Source: Auanema rhodensis (lineage: Eukaryota; Animalia; Nematoda). Taken from it: 64,000 nucleotides of DNA. The number at the start of each line of letters is the position of its first letter. The stretch's first letter is position 1. A program made the position numbers and the translations under genes. Shown one piece after another: positions 43,201 through 58,745 of the stretch. The DNA lies in contig OZ059897.1 of NCBI GenBank assembly GCA_964057225.1, positions 17,174,001 to 17,238,000 on the forward strand, read 5' to 3'. Under the pieces are notes generated by a model. It was not told the DNA's origin and did not search any database. It was given only the letters and a program-made list of their open reading frames with translations.

Positions 43201-46200
43201 CGAGTGCACATCACGTGTACATTTAATTAGCATAAATTGAAGTTCACGTGAATTTCAAAATCATGGTTACCATGCACCAATATGAATAAGAATTTGTTTT
43301 TAGACTAATGTGGACATGGGGAATCTAATTTTGAAAACCGCATCTCTTTATCTTTCACGGGAAGCGAGATACATACCAAGTGCACATCGCGTGTACATTT
43401 AATTAGCATAAATTAAAGTTCACGTGAATTTCAAAGTCATGGTTACCATGCACCAATATGAATAAGAATTTGTTTTTAGACTAATGTGGACATGGGGAAT
43501 CTAATTTTGAAAACCGCATCTCTTTATCTTTCATGGGAAGCGAGATACATACCGAGTGCACATCATGTGTACATTTAATTAGCATAAATTAAAGTTCACG
43601 TGAATTTCAAAGTCATGGTTACCATGCACTAATATCAATGAAAATTTGGTTTTAGACTAATATGGATATGGGGAATCTAATTTTGAAAACCGCATCTTTT
43701 CATCTTTCACGGGAAGCGAGTTACATACCAAGTACACATCATGTGTACATTTAATTAGCATAAATTAAAGTTCACGTAAATTTCAAAGTCATGGTTACCA
43801 TGCACCAATATCAATGAAAATTTGTTTTTAGACTAATATGGACATGGGGAATCTAATTTTAAAAACCGCATCTCTTTATCTTTCACGGGAAGCGAGTTTC
43901 ATACAAGTGCACATCACGTGTACATTTAATTAGCATAAATTGAAGTTCACGTAAATTTCAAAGTCATGGTTACCATGCACCAATATGAATAAGAATTTGT
44001 TTTTAGACTAATATGGACATGGGGAATCTAATTTTGAAAACCGCATCTCTTTATCTTTCACGGGAAGCGAGTTACATACCGAGTGCACATCACGTGTACA
44101 TTTAATTAGCATAAATTAAAGTTCACGTAAATTTCAAAGTCATGGTTACCATGCATCAATATCAATAAAATATTGTTTTTTGACTAATATGGACTTGGGG
44201 AATCTAATTTTGAAAACCGCATCTCTTTATCTTTCACGGGAAGCGAGTTACATACCGAGTGCACATCACGTGTACATTTAATTAGCATAAATTAAAGTTC
44301 ACGTAAATTTCAAAGTCATGGTTACCATGCACCAATATCAATAAAAATTTGTTTTCAGACTAATATAGACATGGGGAATCTAATTTTGAAAACCGCATCA
44401 TTTTATCTTTCACGGGAAGCGAGTTTCATACCAAGTGCACATCACGTGTACATTTAATTAGCATAAATTAAAGTTCACGTAAATTTCGAAGTCATGGTTA
44501 CCATGCACCAATATCAATAAAAATTTCTTTTTAGACTAATATGGACTTGGGGAATCTAATTTTGAAAACCGCATCTCTTTATCTTTCACGGGAAGCGAGT
44601 TTCATACCAAGTGCACATCACGTGTACATTTAATTAGCATAAATGAAAGTTCACGTAAATTTGAAAGTCATGGTTACCATGCACCAATATCAATAAAAAT
44701 TTGTTTTTAGACTAATATGAACATGGTGAATCTAATTTTGAAAACCGCATCTCTTTATCTTTCACGGGGAGCGAGTTTCATACCAAGTGCACATCACGTG
44801 TACATTTAATTAGCATAAATTAAAGTTCACGTAAATTTCAAAGTCATGGTTACCATGCACCAATATCAATGAAAATTTGTTTTTAGACTAATATGAACAT
44901 GGTGAATCTAATTTTGAAAACCGCATCTCTTTATCTTTCACGGGAAGCGAGTTACATACTAAGTACACATCACGTGTACATTTAATTAGCATAAATGAAA
45001 GTTCACGTAAATTTGAAAGTCATGGTTACCATGCACCAATATCAATAAAAATTTGTATTCAGACTAATATGGACATGGGGAATCTAATTTTAAAAACCGC
45101 ATCTCTTTATCTTTCACGGGAAGCGAGTTTCATACAAGTGCACATCACGTGTACATTTAATTAGCATAAATTGAAGTTCACGTAAATTTCAAAGTCATGG
45201 TTACCATGCACCAATATGAATAAGAATTTGTTTTTAGACTAATATGGACATGGGGAATCTAATTTTGAAAACCGCATCTCTTCATCTTTCACGGGAAGCG
45301 AGTTACATACCGAGTGCACATCACGTGTACATTTAATTAGCATAAATTAAAGTTCACGTAAATTTCAAAGTCATGGTTACCATGCACCAATATCAATGAA
45401 AATTTGTTTTTAGACTAATATGGACTTGGGGAATCTAATTTTGAAAACCGCCTCTCTTTATCTTTCACGGGAAGCGAGTTTCATACCAAGTGCACATCAC
45501 GTGTACATTTAATTAGCATAAATTAAAGTTCACGTAAATTTCAAAGTCATGGTTACCATGCATCAATATCAATAAAAATTTGTTTTCAGACTAATATGGA
45601 CATGGGGAATCTAATTTTGAAAACCGCATCTCTTCATCTTTCACGGGAAGCGAGTTACATACCAAGTACACATCGCGTGTACATTTAATTAGCATAAATT
45701 GAAGTTCACGTGAATTTCAAAGTCATGGTTACCATGCACCAATATGAATAAGAATTTGTTTTTAGACTAATGTGGGCATGGGGAATCTAATTTTGAAAAC
45801 CGCATCTCTTTATCTTTCACGGGAAGCGAGATACATACCAAGTGCACATCGCGTGTTCATTTAATTAGCATAAATTAAAGTTCACGTAAATTTCAAAGTC
45901 ATGGTTGCCATGCACCAATATGAATAAGAATTTGTTTTTAGACTAATATGGACATGGGGAATCTAATTTTGAAAACCGCATCTCTTTATCTTTCACGGGA
46001 AGCGAGTTACATACCGAGTGCACATCACGTGTACATTTAATTAGCATAAATTAAAGTTCACGTAAATTTCAAAGTCATGGTTACCATGCATCAATATCAA
46101 TAAAATATTGTTTTTAGACTAATATGGACTTGGGGAATCTAATTTTGAAAACCGCATCTCTTCATCTTTCACGGGAAGCGAGTTACATACCAAGTACACA

Positions 46201-46228
46201 TCGCGTGTACATTTAATTAGCATAAATT
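40268..46228. repeat. Duplicated ~2.6 kb block at 19-monomer offset (3342 bp): 40268-42886 and 43610-46228
   Basis: Private variants TTTTTTGACT (40839/44181), GCATCATTTT (41058/44400) and GTGTTCATTT (42515/45857) share offset 3342 (19x176-2). Confidence 0.88.
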
Positions 46229-47787
46229 GAAGTTCACGTGAATTTCAAAATCATGGTTACCATGCACCAATATGAATAAGAATTTGTTTTTAGACTAATG
46301 TGGACATGGGGAATCTAATTTTGAAAACCGCATCTCTTTATCTTTCACGGGAAGCGAGATACATACCAAGTGCACATCGCGTGTACATTTAATTAGCATA
46401 AATTAAAGTTCACGTGAATTTCAAAGTCATGGTTACCATGCACCAATATGAATAAGAATTTGTTTTTAGACTAATGTGGACATGGGGAATCTAATTTTGA
46501 AAACCGCATCTCTTTATCTTTCATGGGAAGCGAGATACATACCGAGTGCACATCGCGTGTACATTTAATTAGCATAAATTAAAGTTCACGTGAATTTCAA
46601 AGTCATGGTTGCCATGCACCAATATCAATAAAAATTTGGTTTTAGACTAATATGGATATGGGGAATCTAATTTTCAAAACCGCATCTCTTTATCTTTCAC
46701 GGGAAGCGAGTTTCATACCAAGTGCACATCACGTGTACATTTAATTAGCATAAATTAAAGTTCACGTAAATTTCAAAATCATGGTTACCATGCACCAATA
46801 TCAATAAAAATTTGTTTTCAGACTAATATGGACATGGGGAATCTAATTTTGAAAACCGCATCTCTTTATCTTTCACGGGAAGCGAGTTTCATACCAAGTG
46901 CACATCACGTGTACATTTAATTAGCATAAATTAAAGTTCACGTAAATTTCGAAGTCATGGTTACCATGCACTAATATCAATGAAAATTTGGTTTTAGACT
47001 AATATGGATATGGGGAATCTAATTTTGAAAACCGCATCTCTTTATCTTTCACGTGAAGCGAGTTACATACCAAGTGCACATCACGTGTACATTTAATTAG
47101 CATAAATTGAAGTTCACGTAAATATCAAAGTCATGGTTACCATGCACCAATATCAATAAAAATTTCTTTTTAGACTAATATGGATATGGGGAATCTAATT
47201 TTGAAAACCGCATCTTTTCATCTTTCACGGGAAGCGAGTTACATACCGAGTGCACATTGCGTGTACATTTAATTAGCATAAATTAAAGTTCACGTAAATT
47301 TCAAAGTCATGGTTACCATGCACCAATATCAATGAAAATTTCTTTTTAGACTAATATGGACTTGGGGAATCTAATTTTGAAAACCGCATCTCTTTATCTT
47401 TCACGGGAAGCGAGTTTCATACCAAGTGCACATCACGTGTACATTTAATTAGCATAAATTAAAGTTCACGTAAATTTCAAAGTCATGGTTACCATGCACC
47501 AATATCAATGAAAATTTCTTTTTAGACTAATATGGACTTGGGGAATCTAATTTTGAAAACCGCATCTCTTTATCTTTCACGGGAAGCGAGTTTCATACCA
47601 AGTGCACATCACGTGTACATTTAATTAGCATAAATTAAAGTTCACGTAAATTTCAAAGTCATGGTTACCATGCACCAATATCAATGAAAATTTCTTTTTA
47701 GACTAATATGGACTTGGGGAATCTAATTTTGAAAACCGCATCTCTTTATCTTTCACGGGAAGCGAGTTTCATACCAAGTGCACATCA

Positions 47788-50700
47788 CGTGTACATTTAA
47801 TTAGCATAAATTAAAGTTCACGTAAATTTCGAAGTCATGGTTACCATGCACTAATATCAATGAAAATTTGGTTTTAGACTAATATGGATATGGGGAATCT
47901 AATTTTGAAAACCGCATCTCTTTATCTTTCACGTGAAGCGAGTTACATACCAAGTGCATATCACGTGTACATTTAATTAGCATAAATTAAAGTTCACGTA
48001 AATTTCAAAGTCATGGTTACCATGCATCAATATCAATAAAATATTGTTTTTAGACTAATATGGACTCGGGGAATCTAATTTTGAAAACCGCATCTCTTTA
48101 TCTTTCACGGGAAGCGAGTTTCATACCAAGTGCACATCACGTGTACATTTAATTAGCATAAATTAAAGTTCACGTAAATTTCAAAGTCATGGTTACCATG
48201 CACCAATATCAATGAAAATTTCTTTTTAGACTAATATGGACTTGGGGAATCTAATTTTGAAAACCGCATCTCTTTATCTTTCACGGGAAGCGAGTTTCAT
48301 ACCAAGTGCACATCACGTGTACATTTAATTAGCATAAATTAAAGTTCACGTAAATTTCGAAGTCATGGTTACCATGCACCAATATGAATAAGAATTTGTT
48401 TTTAGACTAATATGGATATGGGGAATCTAATTTTGAAAACCGCATCTTTTCATCTTTCACGGGAAGCGAGTTACATACCGAGTGCACATCGCGTGTACAT
48501 TTAATTAGCATAAATTAAAGTTCACGTAAATTTCAAAGTCATGGTTACCATGCACCAATATGAATAAGAATTTGTTTTTAGACTAATGTGGACATGGGGA
48601 ATCTAATTTTGAAAACCGCATCTCTTTATCTTTCACGGGAAGCGAGATACATACCAAGTGCACATCGCGTGTACATTTAATTAGCATAAATTAAAGTTCA
48701 CGTAAATTTCAAAGTCATGGTTGCCATGCACCAATATGAATAAGAATTTGTTTTTAGACTAATGTGGACATGGGGAATCTAATTTTGAAAACCGCATCTC
48801 TTTATCTTTCACGGGAAGCGAGATACATACCAAGTGCACATCGCGTGTACATTTAATTAGCATAAATTAAAGTTCACGTAAATTTCAAAGTCATGGTTAC
48901 CATGCATCAATATCAATAAAATATTGTTTTTAGACTAATATGGACTTGGGGAATCTAATTTTGAAAACCGCATCTCTTTATCTTTCACGGGAAGCGAGTT
49001 TCATACCAAGTGCACATCGCGTGTACATTTAATTAGCATAAATTGAAGTTCACGTGAATTTCAAAGTCATGGTTACCATGCACCAATATGAATAAGAATT
49101 TGTTTTTAGACTAATGTGGACATGGGGAATCTAATTTTGAAAACCGCATCTCTTTATCTTTCATGGGAAGCGAGATACATACCGAGTGCACATCGCGTGT
49201 ACATTTAATTAGCATAAATTAAAGTTCACGTGAATTTCAAAGTCATGGTTGCCATGCACCAATATCAATAAAAATTTGGTTTTAGACTAATATGGATATG
49301 GGGAATCTAATTTTGAAAACCGCATCTCTTTATCTTTCACGGGAAGCGAGATACATACCAAGTGCACATCGCGTGTACATTTAATTAGCATAAATTAAAG
49401 TTCACGTAAATTTCAAAGTCATGGTTGCCATGCACCAATATGAATAAGAATTTGTTTTTAGACTAATGTGGACATGGGGAATCTAATTTTGAAAACCGCA
49501 TCTCTTTATCTTTCACGGGAAGCGAGATACATACCAAGTGCACATCGCGTGTACATTTAATTAGCATAAATTAAAGTTCACGTAAATTTCGAAGTCATGG
49601 TTACCATGCACTAATATCAATGAAAATTTGGTTTTAGACTAATATGGATATGGGGAATCTAATTTTGAAAACCGCATCTCTTTATCTTTCACGTGAAGCG
49701 AGTTACATACCAAGTGCATATCACGTGTACATTTAATTAGCATAAATTAAAGTTCACGTAAATTTCAAAGTCATGGTTACCATGCATCAATATCAATAAA
49801 ATATTGTTTTTAGACTAATATGGACTCGGGGAATCTAATTTTGAAAACCGCATCTCTTTATCTTTCACGGGAAGCGAGTTTCATACCAAGTGCACATCAC
49901 GTGTACATTTAATTAGCATAAATTAAAGTTCACGTAAATTTCAAAGTCATGGTTACCATGCACCAATATCAATGAAAATTTCTTTTTAGACTAATATGGA
50001 CTTGGGGAATCTAATTTTGAAAACCGCATCTCTTTATCTTTCACGGGAAGCGAGTTTCATACCAAGTGCACATCACGTGTACATTTAATTAGCATAAATT
50101 AAAGTTCACGTAAATTTCGAAGTCATGGTTACCATGCACCAATATGAATAAGAATTTGTTTTTAGACTAATATGGATATGGGGAATCTAATTTTGAAAAC
50201 CGCATCTTTTCATCTTTCACGGGAAGCGAGTTACATACCGAGTGCACATCGCGTGTACATTTAATTAGCATAAATTAAAGTTCACGTAAATTTCAAAGTC
50301 ATGGTTACCATGCACCAATATGAATAAGAATTTGTTTTTAGACTAATGTGGACATGGGGAATCTAATTTTGAAAACCGCATCTCTTTATCTTTCACGGGA
50401 AGCGAGATACATACCAAGTGCACATCGCGTGTACATTTAATTAGCATAAATTAAAGTTCACGTAAATTTCAAAGTCATGGTTGCCATGCACCAATATGAA
50501 TAAGAATTTGTTTTTAGACTAATGTGGACATGGGGAATCTAATTTTGAAAACCGCATCTCTTTATCTTTCACGGGAAGCGAGATACATACCAAGTGCACA
50601 TCGCGTGTACATTTAATTAGCATAAATTAAAGTTCACGTAAATTTCAAAGTCATGGTTACCATGCATCAATATCAATAAAATATTGTTTTTAGACTAATA

Positions 50701-51110
50701 TGGACTTGGGGAATCTAATTTTGAAAACCGCATCTCTTTATCTTTCACGGGAAGCGAGTTTCATACCAAGTGCACATCGCGTGTACATTTAATTAGCATA
50801 AATTGAAGTTCACGTGAATTTCAAAGTCATGGTTACCATGCACCAATATGAATAAGAATTTGTTTTTAGACTAATGTGGACATGGGGAATCTAATTTTGA
50901 AAACCGCATCTCTTTATCTTTCATGGGAAGCGAGATACATACCGAGTGCACATCGCGTGTACATTTAATTAGCATAAATTAAAGTTCACGTGAATTTCAA
51001 AGTCATGGTTGCCATGCACCAATATCAATAAAAATTTGGTTTTAGACTAATATGGATATGGGGAATCTAATTTTGAAAACCGCATCTCTTTATCTTTCAC
51101 GGGAAGCGAG
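47788..51110. repeat. Higher-order repeat: 10-monomer (1760 bp) tandem duplication
   Basis: The GTGCATATC variant has its T at 47959 and 49719. GACTCGGGG and the following monomers recur at offset 1760 (10x176). Confidence 0.85.
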
Positions 51111-51168
51111 TTTCATACCAAGTGCACATCACGTGTACATTTAATTAGCATAAATTAAAGTTCACGTA

Positions 51169-54100
51169 AATTTCAAAGTCATGGTTACCATGCACCAATA
51201 TGAATAAGAATTTGTTTTTAGACTAATGTGGACATGGGGAATCTAATTTTGAAAACCGCATCTCTTTATCTTTCACGGGAAGCGAGATACATACCAAGTG
51301 CACACCGCGTGTACATTTAATTAGCATAAATTAAAGTTCACGTAAATTTCAAAGTCATGGTTGCCATGCACCAATATCAATAAAAATTTGGTTTTAGACT
51401 AATATGGATATGGGGAATCTAATTTTGAAAACCGCATCTCTTTATCTTTCACGGGAAGCGAGTTTCATACCAAGTGCACATCACGTGTACATTAAATTAG
51501 CATAAATTAAAGTTCACGTAAATTTCGAAGTCATGGTTACCATGCACTAATATCAATGAAAATTTGGTTTTAGACTAATATGGATATGGGGAATCTAATT
51601 TTGAAAACCGCATCTCTTTATCTTTCACGTGAAGCGAGTTACATACCAAGTGCACATCACGTGTACATTTAATTAGCATAAATTGAAGTTCACGTAAATA
51701 TCAAAGTCATGGTTACCATGCACCAATATCAATAAAAATTTGTTTTTAGACTAATATGGATATGGGAAATCTAATTTTGAAAACCGCATCTTTTCATCTT
51801 TCACGGGAAGCGAGTTACATACCGAGTGCACATCGCGTGTACATTTAATTAGCATAAATTAAAGTTCACGTAAATTTCAAAGTCATGGTTACCATGCACC
51901 AATATCAATGAAAATTCCTTTTTAGACTAATATGGACTTGGGGAATCTAATTTTGAAAACCGCATCTCTTTATCTTTCACGGGAAGCGAGTTTCATACCA
52001 AGTGCACATCACGTGTACATTTAATTAGCATAAATTAAAGTTCACGTAAATTTCAAAGTCATGGTTACCATGCACCAATATCAATGAAAATTCCTTTTTA
52101 GACTAATATGGACTTGGGGAATCTAATTTTGAAAACCGCATCTCTTTATCTTTCACGGGAAGCGAGTTTCATACCAAGTGCACATCACGTGTACATTTAA
52201 TTAGCATAAATTAAAGTTCACGTAAATTTCGAAGTCATGGTTACCATGCACTAATATCAATGAAAATTTGGTTTTAGACTAATATGGATATGGGGAATCT
52301 AATTTTGAAAACCGCATCTCTTTATCTTTCACGGGAAGCGAGTTACATACCGAGTGCACATCACGTGTACATTTAATTAGCATAAATTAAAGTTCACGTA
52401 AATTTCAAAGTCATGGTTACCATGCACCAATATGAATAAGAATTTGTTTTTAGACTAATGTGGGCATGGGGAATCTAATTTTGAAAACCGCATCTCTTTA
52501 TCTTTCACGGGAAGCGAGATACATACCAAGTGCACATCACGTGTACATTTAATTAGCATAAATTAAAGTTCACGTAAATTTCGAAGTCATGGTTACCATG
52601 CACTAATATCAATGAAAATTTGGTTTTAGACTAATATGGATATGGGGAATCTAATTTTGAAAACCGCATCTCTTTATCTTTCACGGGAAGCGAGTTACAT
52701 ACCGAGTGCACATCACGTGTACATTTAATTAGCATAAATTAAAGTTCACGTAAATTTCAAAGTCATGGTTACCATGCACCAATATGAATAAGAATTTGTT
52801 TTTAGACTAATGTGGACATGGGGAATCTAATTTTGAAAACCGCATCTCTTTATCTTTCATGGGAAGCGAGATACATACCGAGTGCACATCGCGTGTACAT
52901 TTAATTAGCATAAATTAAAGTTCACGTGAATTTCAAAGTCATGGTTGCCATGCACCAATATCAATAAAAATTTGGTTTTAGACTAATATGGATATGGGGA
53001 ATCTAATTTTGAAAACCGCATCTCTTTATCTTTCACGGGAAGCGAGTTTCATACCAAGTGCACATCACGTGTACATTTAATTAGCATAAATTAAAGTTCA
53101 CGTAAATTTCAAAATCATGGTTACCATGCACCAATATCAATAAAAATTTGTTTTCAGACTAATATGGACATGGGGAATCTAATTTTGAAAACCGCATCTC
53201 TTCATCTTTCACGGGAAGCGAGTTACATACCAAGTACACATCACGTGTACATTTAATTAGCATAAATTGAAGTTCACGTGAATTTCAAAGTCATGGTTAC
53301 CATGCACCAATATGAATAAGAATTTGTTTTTAGACTAATGTGGACATGGGGAATCTAATTTTGAAAACCGCATCTCTTTATCTTTCACGGGAAGCGAGAT
53401 ACATACCAAGTGCACACCGCGTGTACATTTAATTAGCATAAATTAAAGTTCACGTAAATTTCAAAGTCATGGTTGCCATGCACCAATATCAATAAAAATT
53501 TGGTTTTAGACTAATATGGATATGGGGAATCTAATTTTGAAAACCGCATCTCTTTATCTTTCACGGGAAGCGAGTTTCATACCAAGTGCACATCACGTGT
53601 ACATTTAATTAGCATAAATTGAAGTTCACGTGAATTTCAAAGTCATGGTTACCATGCACCAATATGAATAAGAATTTGTTTTTAGACTAATGTGGACATG
53701 GGGAATCTAATTTTGAAAACCGCATCTCTTTATCTTTCACGGGAAGCGAGATACATACCAAGTGCACACCGCGTGTACATTTAATTAGCATAAATTAAAG
53801 TTCACGTAAATTTCAAAGTCATGGTTGCCATGCACCAATATCAATAAAAATTTGGTTTTAGACTAATATGGATATGGGGAATCTAATTTTGAAAACCGCA
53901 TCTCTTTATCTTTCACGGGAAGCGAGTTTCATACCAAGTGCACATCACGTGTACATTAAATTAGCATAAATTAAAGTTCACGTAAATTTCGAAGTCATGG
54001 TTACCATGCACTAATATCAATGAAAATTTGGTTTTAGACTAATATGGATATGGGGAATCTAATTTTGAAAACCGCATCTCTTTATCTTTCACGTGAAGCG

Positions 54101-55740
54101 AGTTACATACCAAGTGCACATCACGTGTACATTTAATTAGCATAAATTGAAGTTCACGTAAATATCAAAGTCATGGTTACCATGCACCAATATCAATAAA
54201 AATTTGTTTTTAGACTAATATGGATATGGGAAATCTAATTTTGAAAACCGCATCTTTTCATCTTTCACGGGAAGCGAGTTACATACCGAGTGCACATCGC
54301 GTGTACATTTAATTAGCATAAATTAAAGTTCACGTAAATTTCAAAGTCATGGTTACCATGCACCAATATCAATGAAAATTTCTTTTTAGACTAATATGGA
54401 CTTGGGGAATCTAATTTTGAAAACCGCATCTCTTTATCTTTCACGGGAAGCGAGTTTCATACCAAGTGCACATCACGTGTACATTTAATTAGCATAAATT
54501 AAAGTTCACGTAAATTTCAAAGTCATGGTTACCATGCACCAATATCAATGAAAATTCCTTTTTAGACTAATATGGACTTGGGGAATCTAATTTTGAAAAC
54601 CGCATCTCTTTATCTTTCACGGGAAGCGAGTTTCATACCAAGTGCACATCACGTGTACATTTAATTAGCATAAATTAAAGTTCACGTAAATTTCGAAGTC
54701 ATGGTTACCATGCACTAATATCAATGAAAATTTGGTTTTAGACTAATATGGATATGGGGAATCTAATTTTGAAAACCGCATCTCTTTATCTTTCACGGGA
54801 AGCGAGTTACATACCGAGTGCACATCACGTGTACATTTAATTAGCATAAATTAAAGTTCACGTAAATTTCAAAGTCATGGTTACCATGCACCAATATGAA
54901 TAAGAATTTGTTTTTAGACTAATGTGGACATGGGGAATCTAATTTTGAAAACCGCATCTCTTTATCTTTCATGGGAAGCGAGATACATACCGAGTGCACA
55001 TCGCGTGTACATTTAATTAGCATAAATTAAAGTTCACGTGAATTTCAAAGTCATGGTTGCCATGCACCAATATCAATAAAAATTTGGTTTTAGACTAATA
55101 TGGATATGGGGAATCTAATTTTGAAAACCGCATCTCTTTATCTTTCACGGGAAGCGAGTTTCATACCAAGTGCACATCACGTGTACATTTAATTAGCATA
55201 AATTAAAGTTCACGTAAATTTCAAAATCATGGTTACCATGCACCAATATCAATAAAAATTTGTTTTCAGACTAATATGGACATGGGGAATCTAATTTTGA
55301 AAACCGCATCTCTTCATCTTTCACGGGAAGCGAGTTACATACCAAGTACACATCACGTGTACATTTAATTAGCATAAATTGAAGTTCACGTGAATTTCAA
55401 AGTCATGGTTACCATGCACCAATATGAATAAGAATTTGTTTTTAGACTAATGTGGACATGGGGAATCTAATTTTGAAAACCGCATCTCTTTATCTTTCAC
55501 GGGAAGCGAGATACATACCAAGTGCACACCGCGTGTACATTTAATTAGCATAAATTAAAGTTCACGTAAATTTCAAAGTCATGGTTGCCATGCACCAATA
55601 TCAATAAAAATTTGGTTTTAGACTAATATGGATATGGGGAATCTAATTTTGAAAACCGCATCTCTTTATCTTTCACGGGAAGCGAGTTTCATACCAAGTG
55701 CACATCACGTGTACATTTAATTAGCATAAATTAAAGTTCA
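51169..55740. repeat. Higher-order repeat at 14-monomer offset (2464 bp), imperfect
   Basis: Private variants ACATTAAATTAG (51494/53958) and TGGGAAATCT (51767/54231) lie at offset 2464. The first copy carries an extra internal 2-monomer segment near 52.4-52.8 kb. Ends approximate. Confidence 0.78.
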
Positions 55741-56983
55741 CGTAAATTTCGAACTCATGGTTACCATGCACTAATATCAATGAAAATTTGGTTTTAGACT
55801 AATATGGATATGGGGAATCTAATTTTGAAAACCGCATCTCTTTATCTTTCACGTGAAGCGAGTTACATACCAAGTGCACATCACGTGTACATTTAATTAG
55901 CATAAATTGAAGTTCACGTAAATATCAAAGTCATGGTTACCATGCACCAATATCAATAAAAATTTGTTTTTAGACTAATATGGATATGGGGAATCTAATT
56001 TTGAAAACCGCATCTTTTCATCTTTCACGGGAAGCGAGTTACATACCGAGTGCACATCGCGTGTACATTTAATTAGCATAAATTAAAGTTCACGTAAATT
56101 TCAAAGTCATGGTTACCATGCATCAATATCAATAAAATATTGTTTTTAGACTAATATGGACTCGGGGAATCTAATTTTGAAAACCGCATCTTTTCATCTT
56201 TCACGGGAAGCGAGTTACATACCGAGTGCACATCGCGTGTACATTTAATTAGCATAAATTAAAGTTCACGTAAATTTCAAAGTCATGGTTACCATGCATC
56301 AATATCAATAAAATATTGTTTTTAGACTAATATGGACTCGGGGAATCTAATTTTGAAAACCGCATCTCTTTATCTTTCACGGGAAGCGAGTTACATACCG
56401 AGTGCACATCACGTGTACATTTAATTAGCATAAATTAAAGTTCACGTAAATTTCAAAGTCATGGTTACCATGCATCAATATCAATAAAATATTGTTTTTA
56501 GACTAATATGGACTTGGGGAATCTAATTTTGAAAACCGCATCTCTTTATCTTTCACGGGAAGCGAGTTTCATACCAAGTGCACATCGCGTGTACATTTAA
56601 TTAGCATAAATTAAAGTTCACGTGAATTTCAAAGTCATGGTTACCATGCATCAATATCAATAAAATATTGTTTTTAGACTAATATGGATATGGGGAATCT
56701 AATTTTGAAAACCGCATCTCTTTATCTTTCACGTGAAGCGAGTTACATACCAAGTGCACATCACGTGTACATTTAATTAGCATAAATTGAAGTTCACGTA
56801 AATATCAAAGTCATGGTTACCATGCACCAATATCAATAAAAATTTGTTTTTAGACTAATATGGATATGGGGAATCTAATTTTGAAAACCGCATCTTTTCA
56901 TCTTTCACGGGAAGCGAGTTACATACCGAGTGCACATCGCGTGTACATTTAATTAGCATAAATTAAAGTTCACGTAAATTTCA

Positions 56984-58745
56984 AAGTCATGGTTACCATG
57001 CATCAATATCAATAAAATATTGTTTTTAGACTAATATGGACTCGGGGAATCTAATTTTGAAAACCGCATCTCTTTATCTTTCACGGGAAGCGAGTTACAT
57101 ACCGAGTGCACATCACGTGTACATTTAATTAGCATAAATTAAAGTTCACGTAAATTTCAAAGTCATGGTTACCATGCATCAATATCAATAAAATATTGTT
57201 TTTAGACTAATATGGACTTGGGGAATCTAATTTTGAAAACCGCATCTCTTTATCTTTCACGGGAAGCGAGTTTCATACCAAGTGCACATCGCGTGTACAT
57301 TTAATTAGCATAAATTAAAGTTCACGTGAATTTCAAAGTCATGGTTACCATGCACCAATATGAATAAAAATTTGTTTTCAGACTAATATGGACTTGGGGA
57401 ATCTAATTTTGAAAACCTCATCTCTTCATCTTTCACGGGAAGCGAGTTACATACCAAGTACACATCACGTGTACATTTAATTAGCATAAATTGAAGTTCA
57501 CGTGAATTTCAAAGTCATGGTTACCATGCACCAATATGAATAAGAATTTGTTTTTAGACTAATGTAGACATGGGGAATCTAATTTTGAAAACCGCATCTC
57601 TTTATCTTTCACGGGAAGCGAGATACATACCAAGTGCACACCGCGTGTACATTTAATTATCATAAATTAAAGTTCACGTAAATTTCAAAGTCATGGTTGC
57701 CATGCACCAATATCAATAAAAATTTGGTTTTAGACTAATATGGATATGGGGAATCTAATTTTGAAAACCGCATCTCTTTATCTTTCACGGGAAGCGAGTT
57801 TCATACCAAGTGCACATCACGTGTACATTTAATTAGCATAAATTAAAGTTCACGTAAATTTCGAAGTCATGGTTACCATGCATCAATATCAATAAAATAT
57901 TGTTTTTAGACTAATATGGACTCGGGGAATCTAATTTTGAAAACCGCATCTCTTTATCTTTCACGGGAAGCGAGTTACATACCGAGTGCACATCACGTGT
58001 ACATTTAATTAGCATAAATTAAAGTTCACGTAAATTTCAAAGTCATGGTTACCATGCATCAATATCAATAAAATATTGTTTTTAGACTAATATGGACTTG
58101 GGGAATCTAATTTTGAAAACCGCATCTCTTTATCTTTCACGGGAAGCGAGTTTCATACCAAGTGCACATCGCGTGTACATTTAATTAGCATAAATTAAAG
58201 TTCACGTGAATTTCAAAGTCATGGTTACCATGCACCAATATGAATAAAAATTTGTTTTCAGACTAATATGGACTTGGGGAATCTAATTTTGAAAACCTCA
58301 TCTCTTCATCTTTCACGGGAAGCGAGTTACATACCAAGTACACATCACGTGTACATTTAATTAGCATAAATTGAAGTTCACGTGAATTTCAAAGTCATGG
58401 TTACCATGCACCAATATGAATAAGAATTTGTTTTTAGACTAATGTAGACATGGGGAATCTAATTTTGAAAACCGCATCTCTTTATCTTTCACGGGAAGCG
58501 AGATACATACCAAGTGCACACCGCGTGTACATTTAATTATCATAAATTAAAGTTCACGTAAATTTCAAAGTCATGGTTGCCATGCACCAATATCAATAAA
58601 AATTTGGTTTTAGACTAATATGGATATGGGGAATCTAATTTTGAAAACCGCATCTCTTTATCTTTCACGGGAAGCGAGTTTCATACCAAGTGCACATCAC
58701 GTGTACATTTAATTAGCATAAATTAAAGTTCACGTAAATTTCGAA
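56984..58745. repeat. Higher-order repeat: 5-monomer (880 bp) tandem duplication
   Basis: Three private variants, AAAACCTCA (57418/58298), ATGTAGACA (57566/58446) and TTAATTATC (57660/58540), all lie at offset 880 (5x176). Confidence 0.9.
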
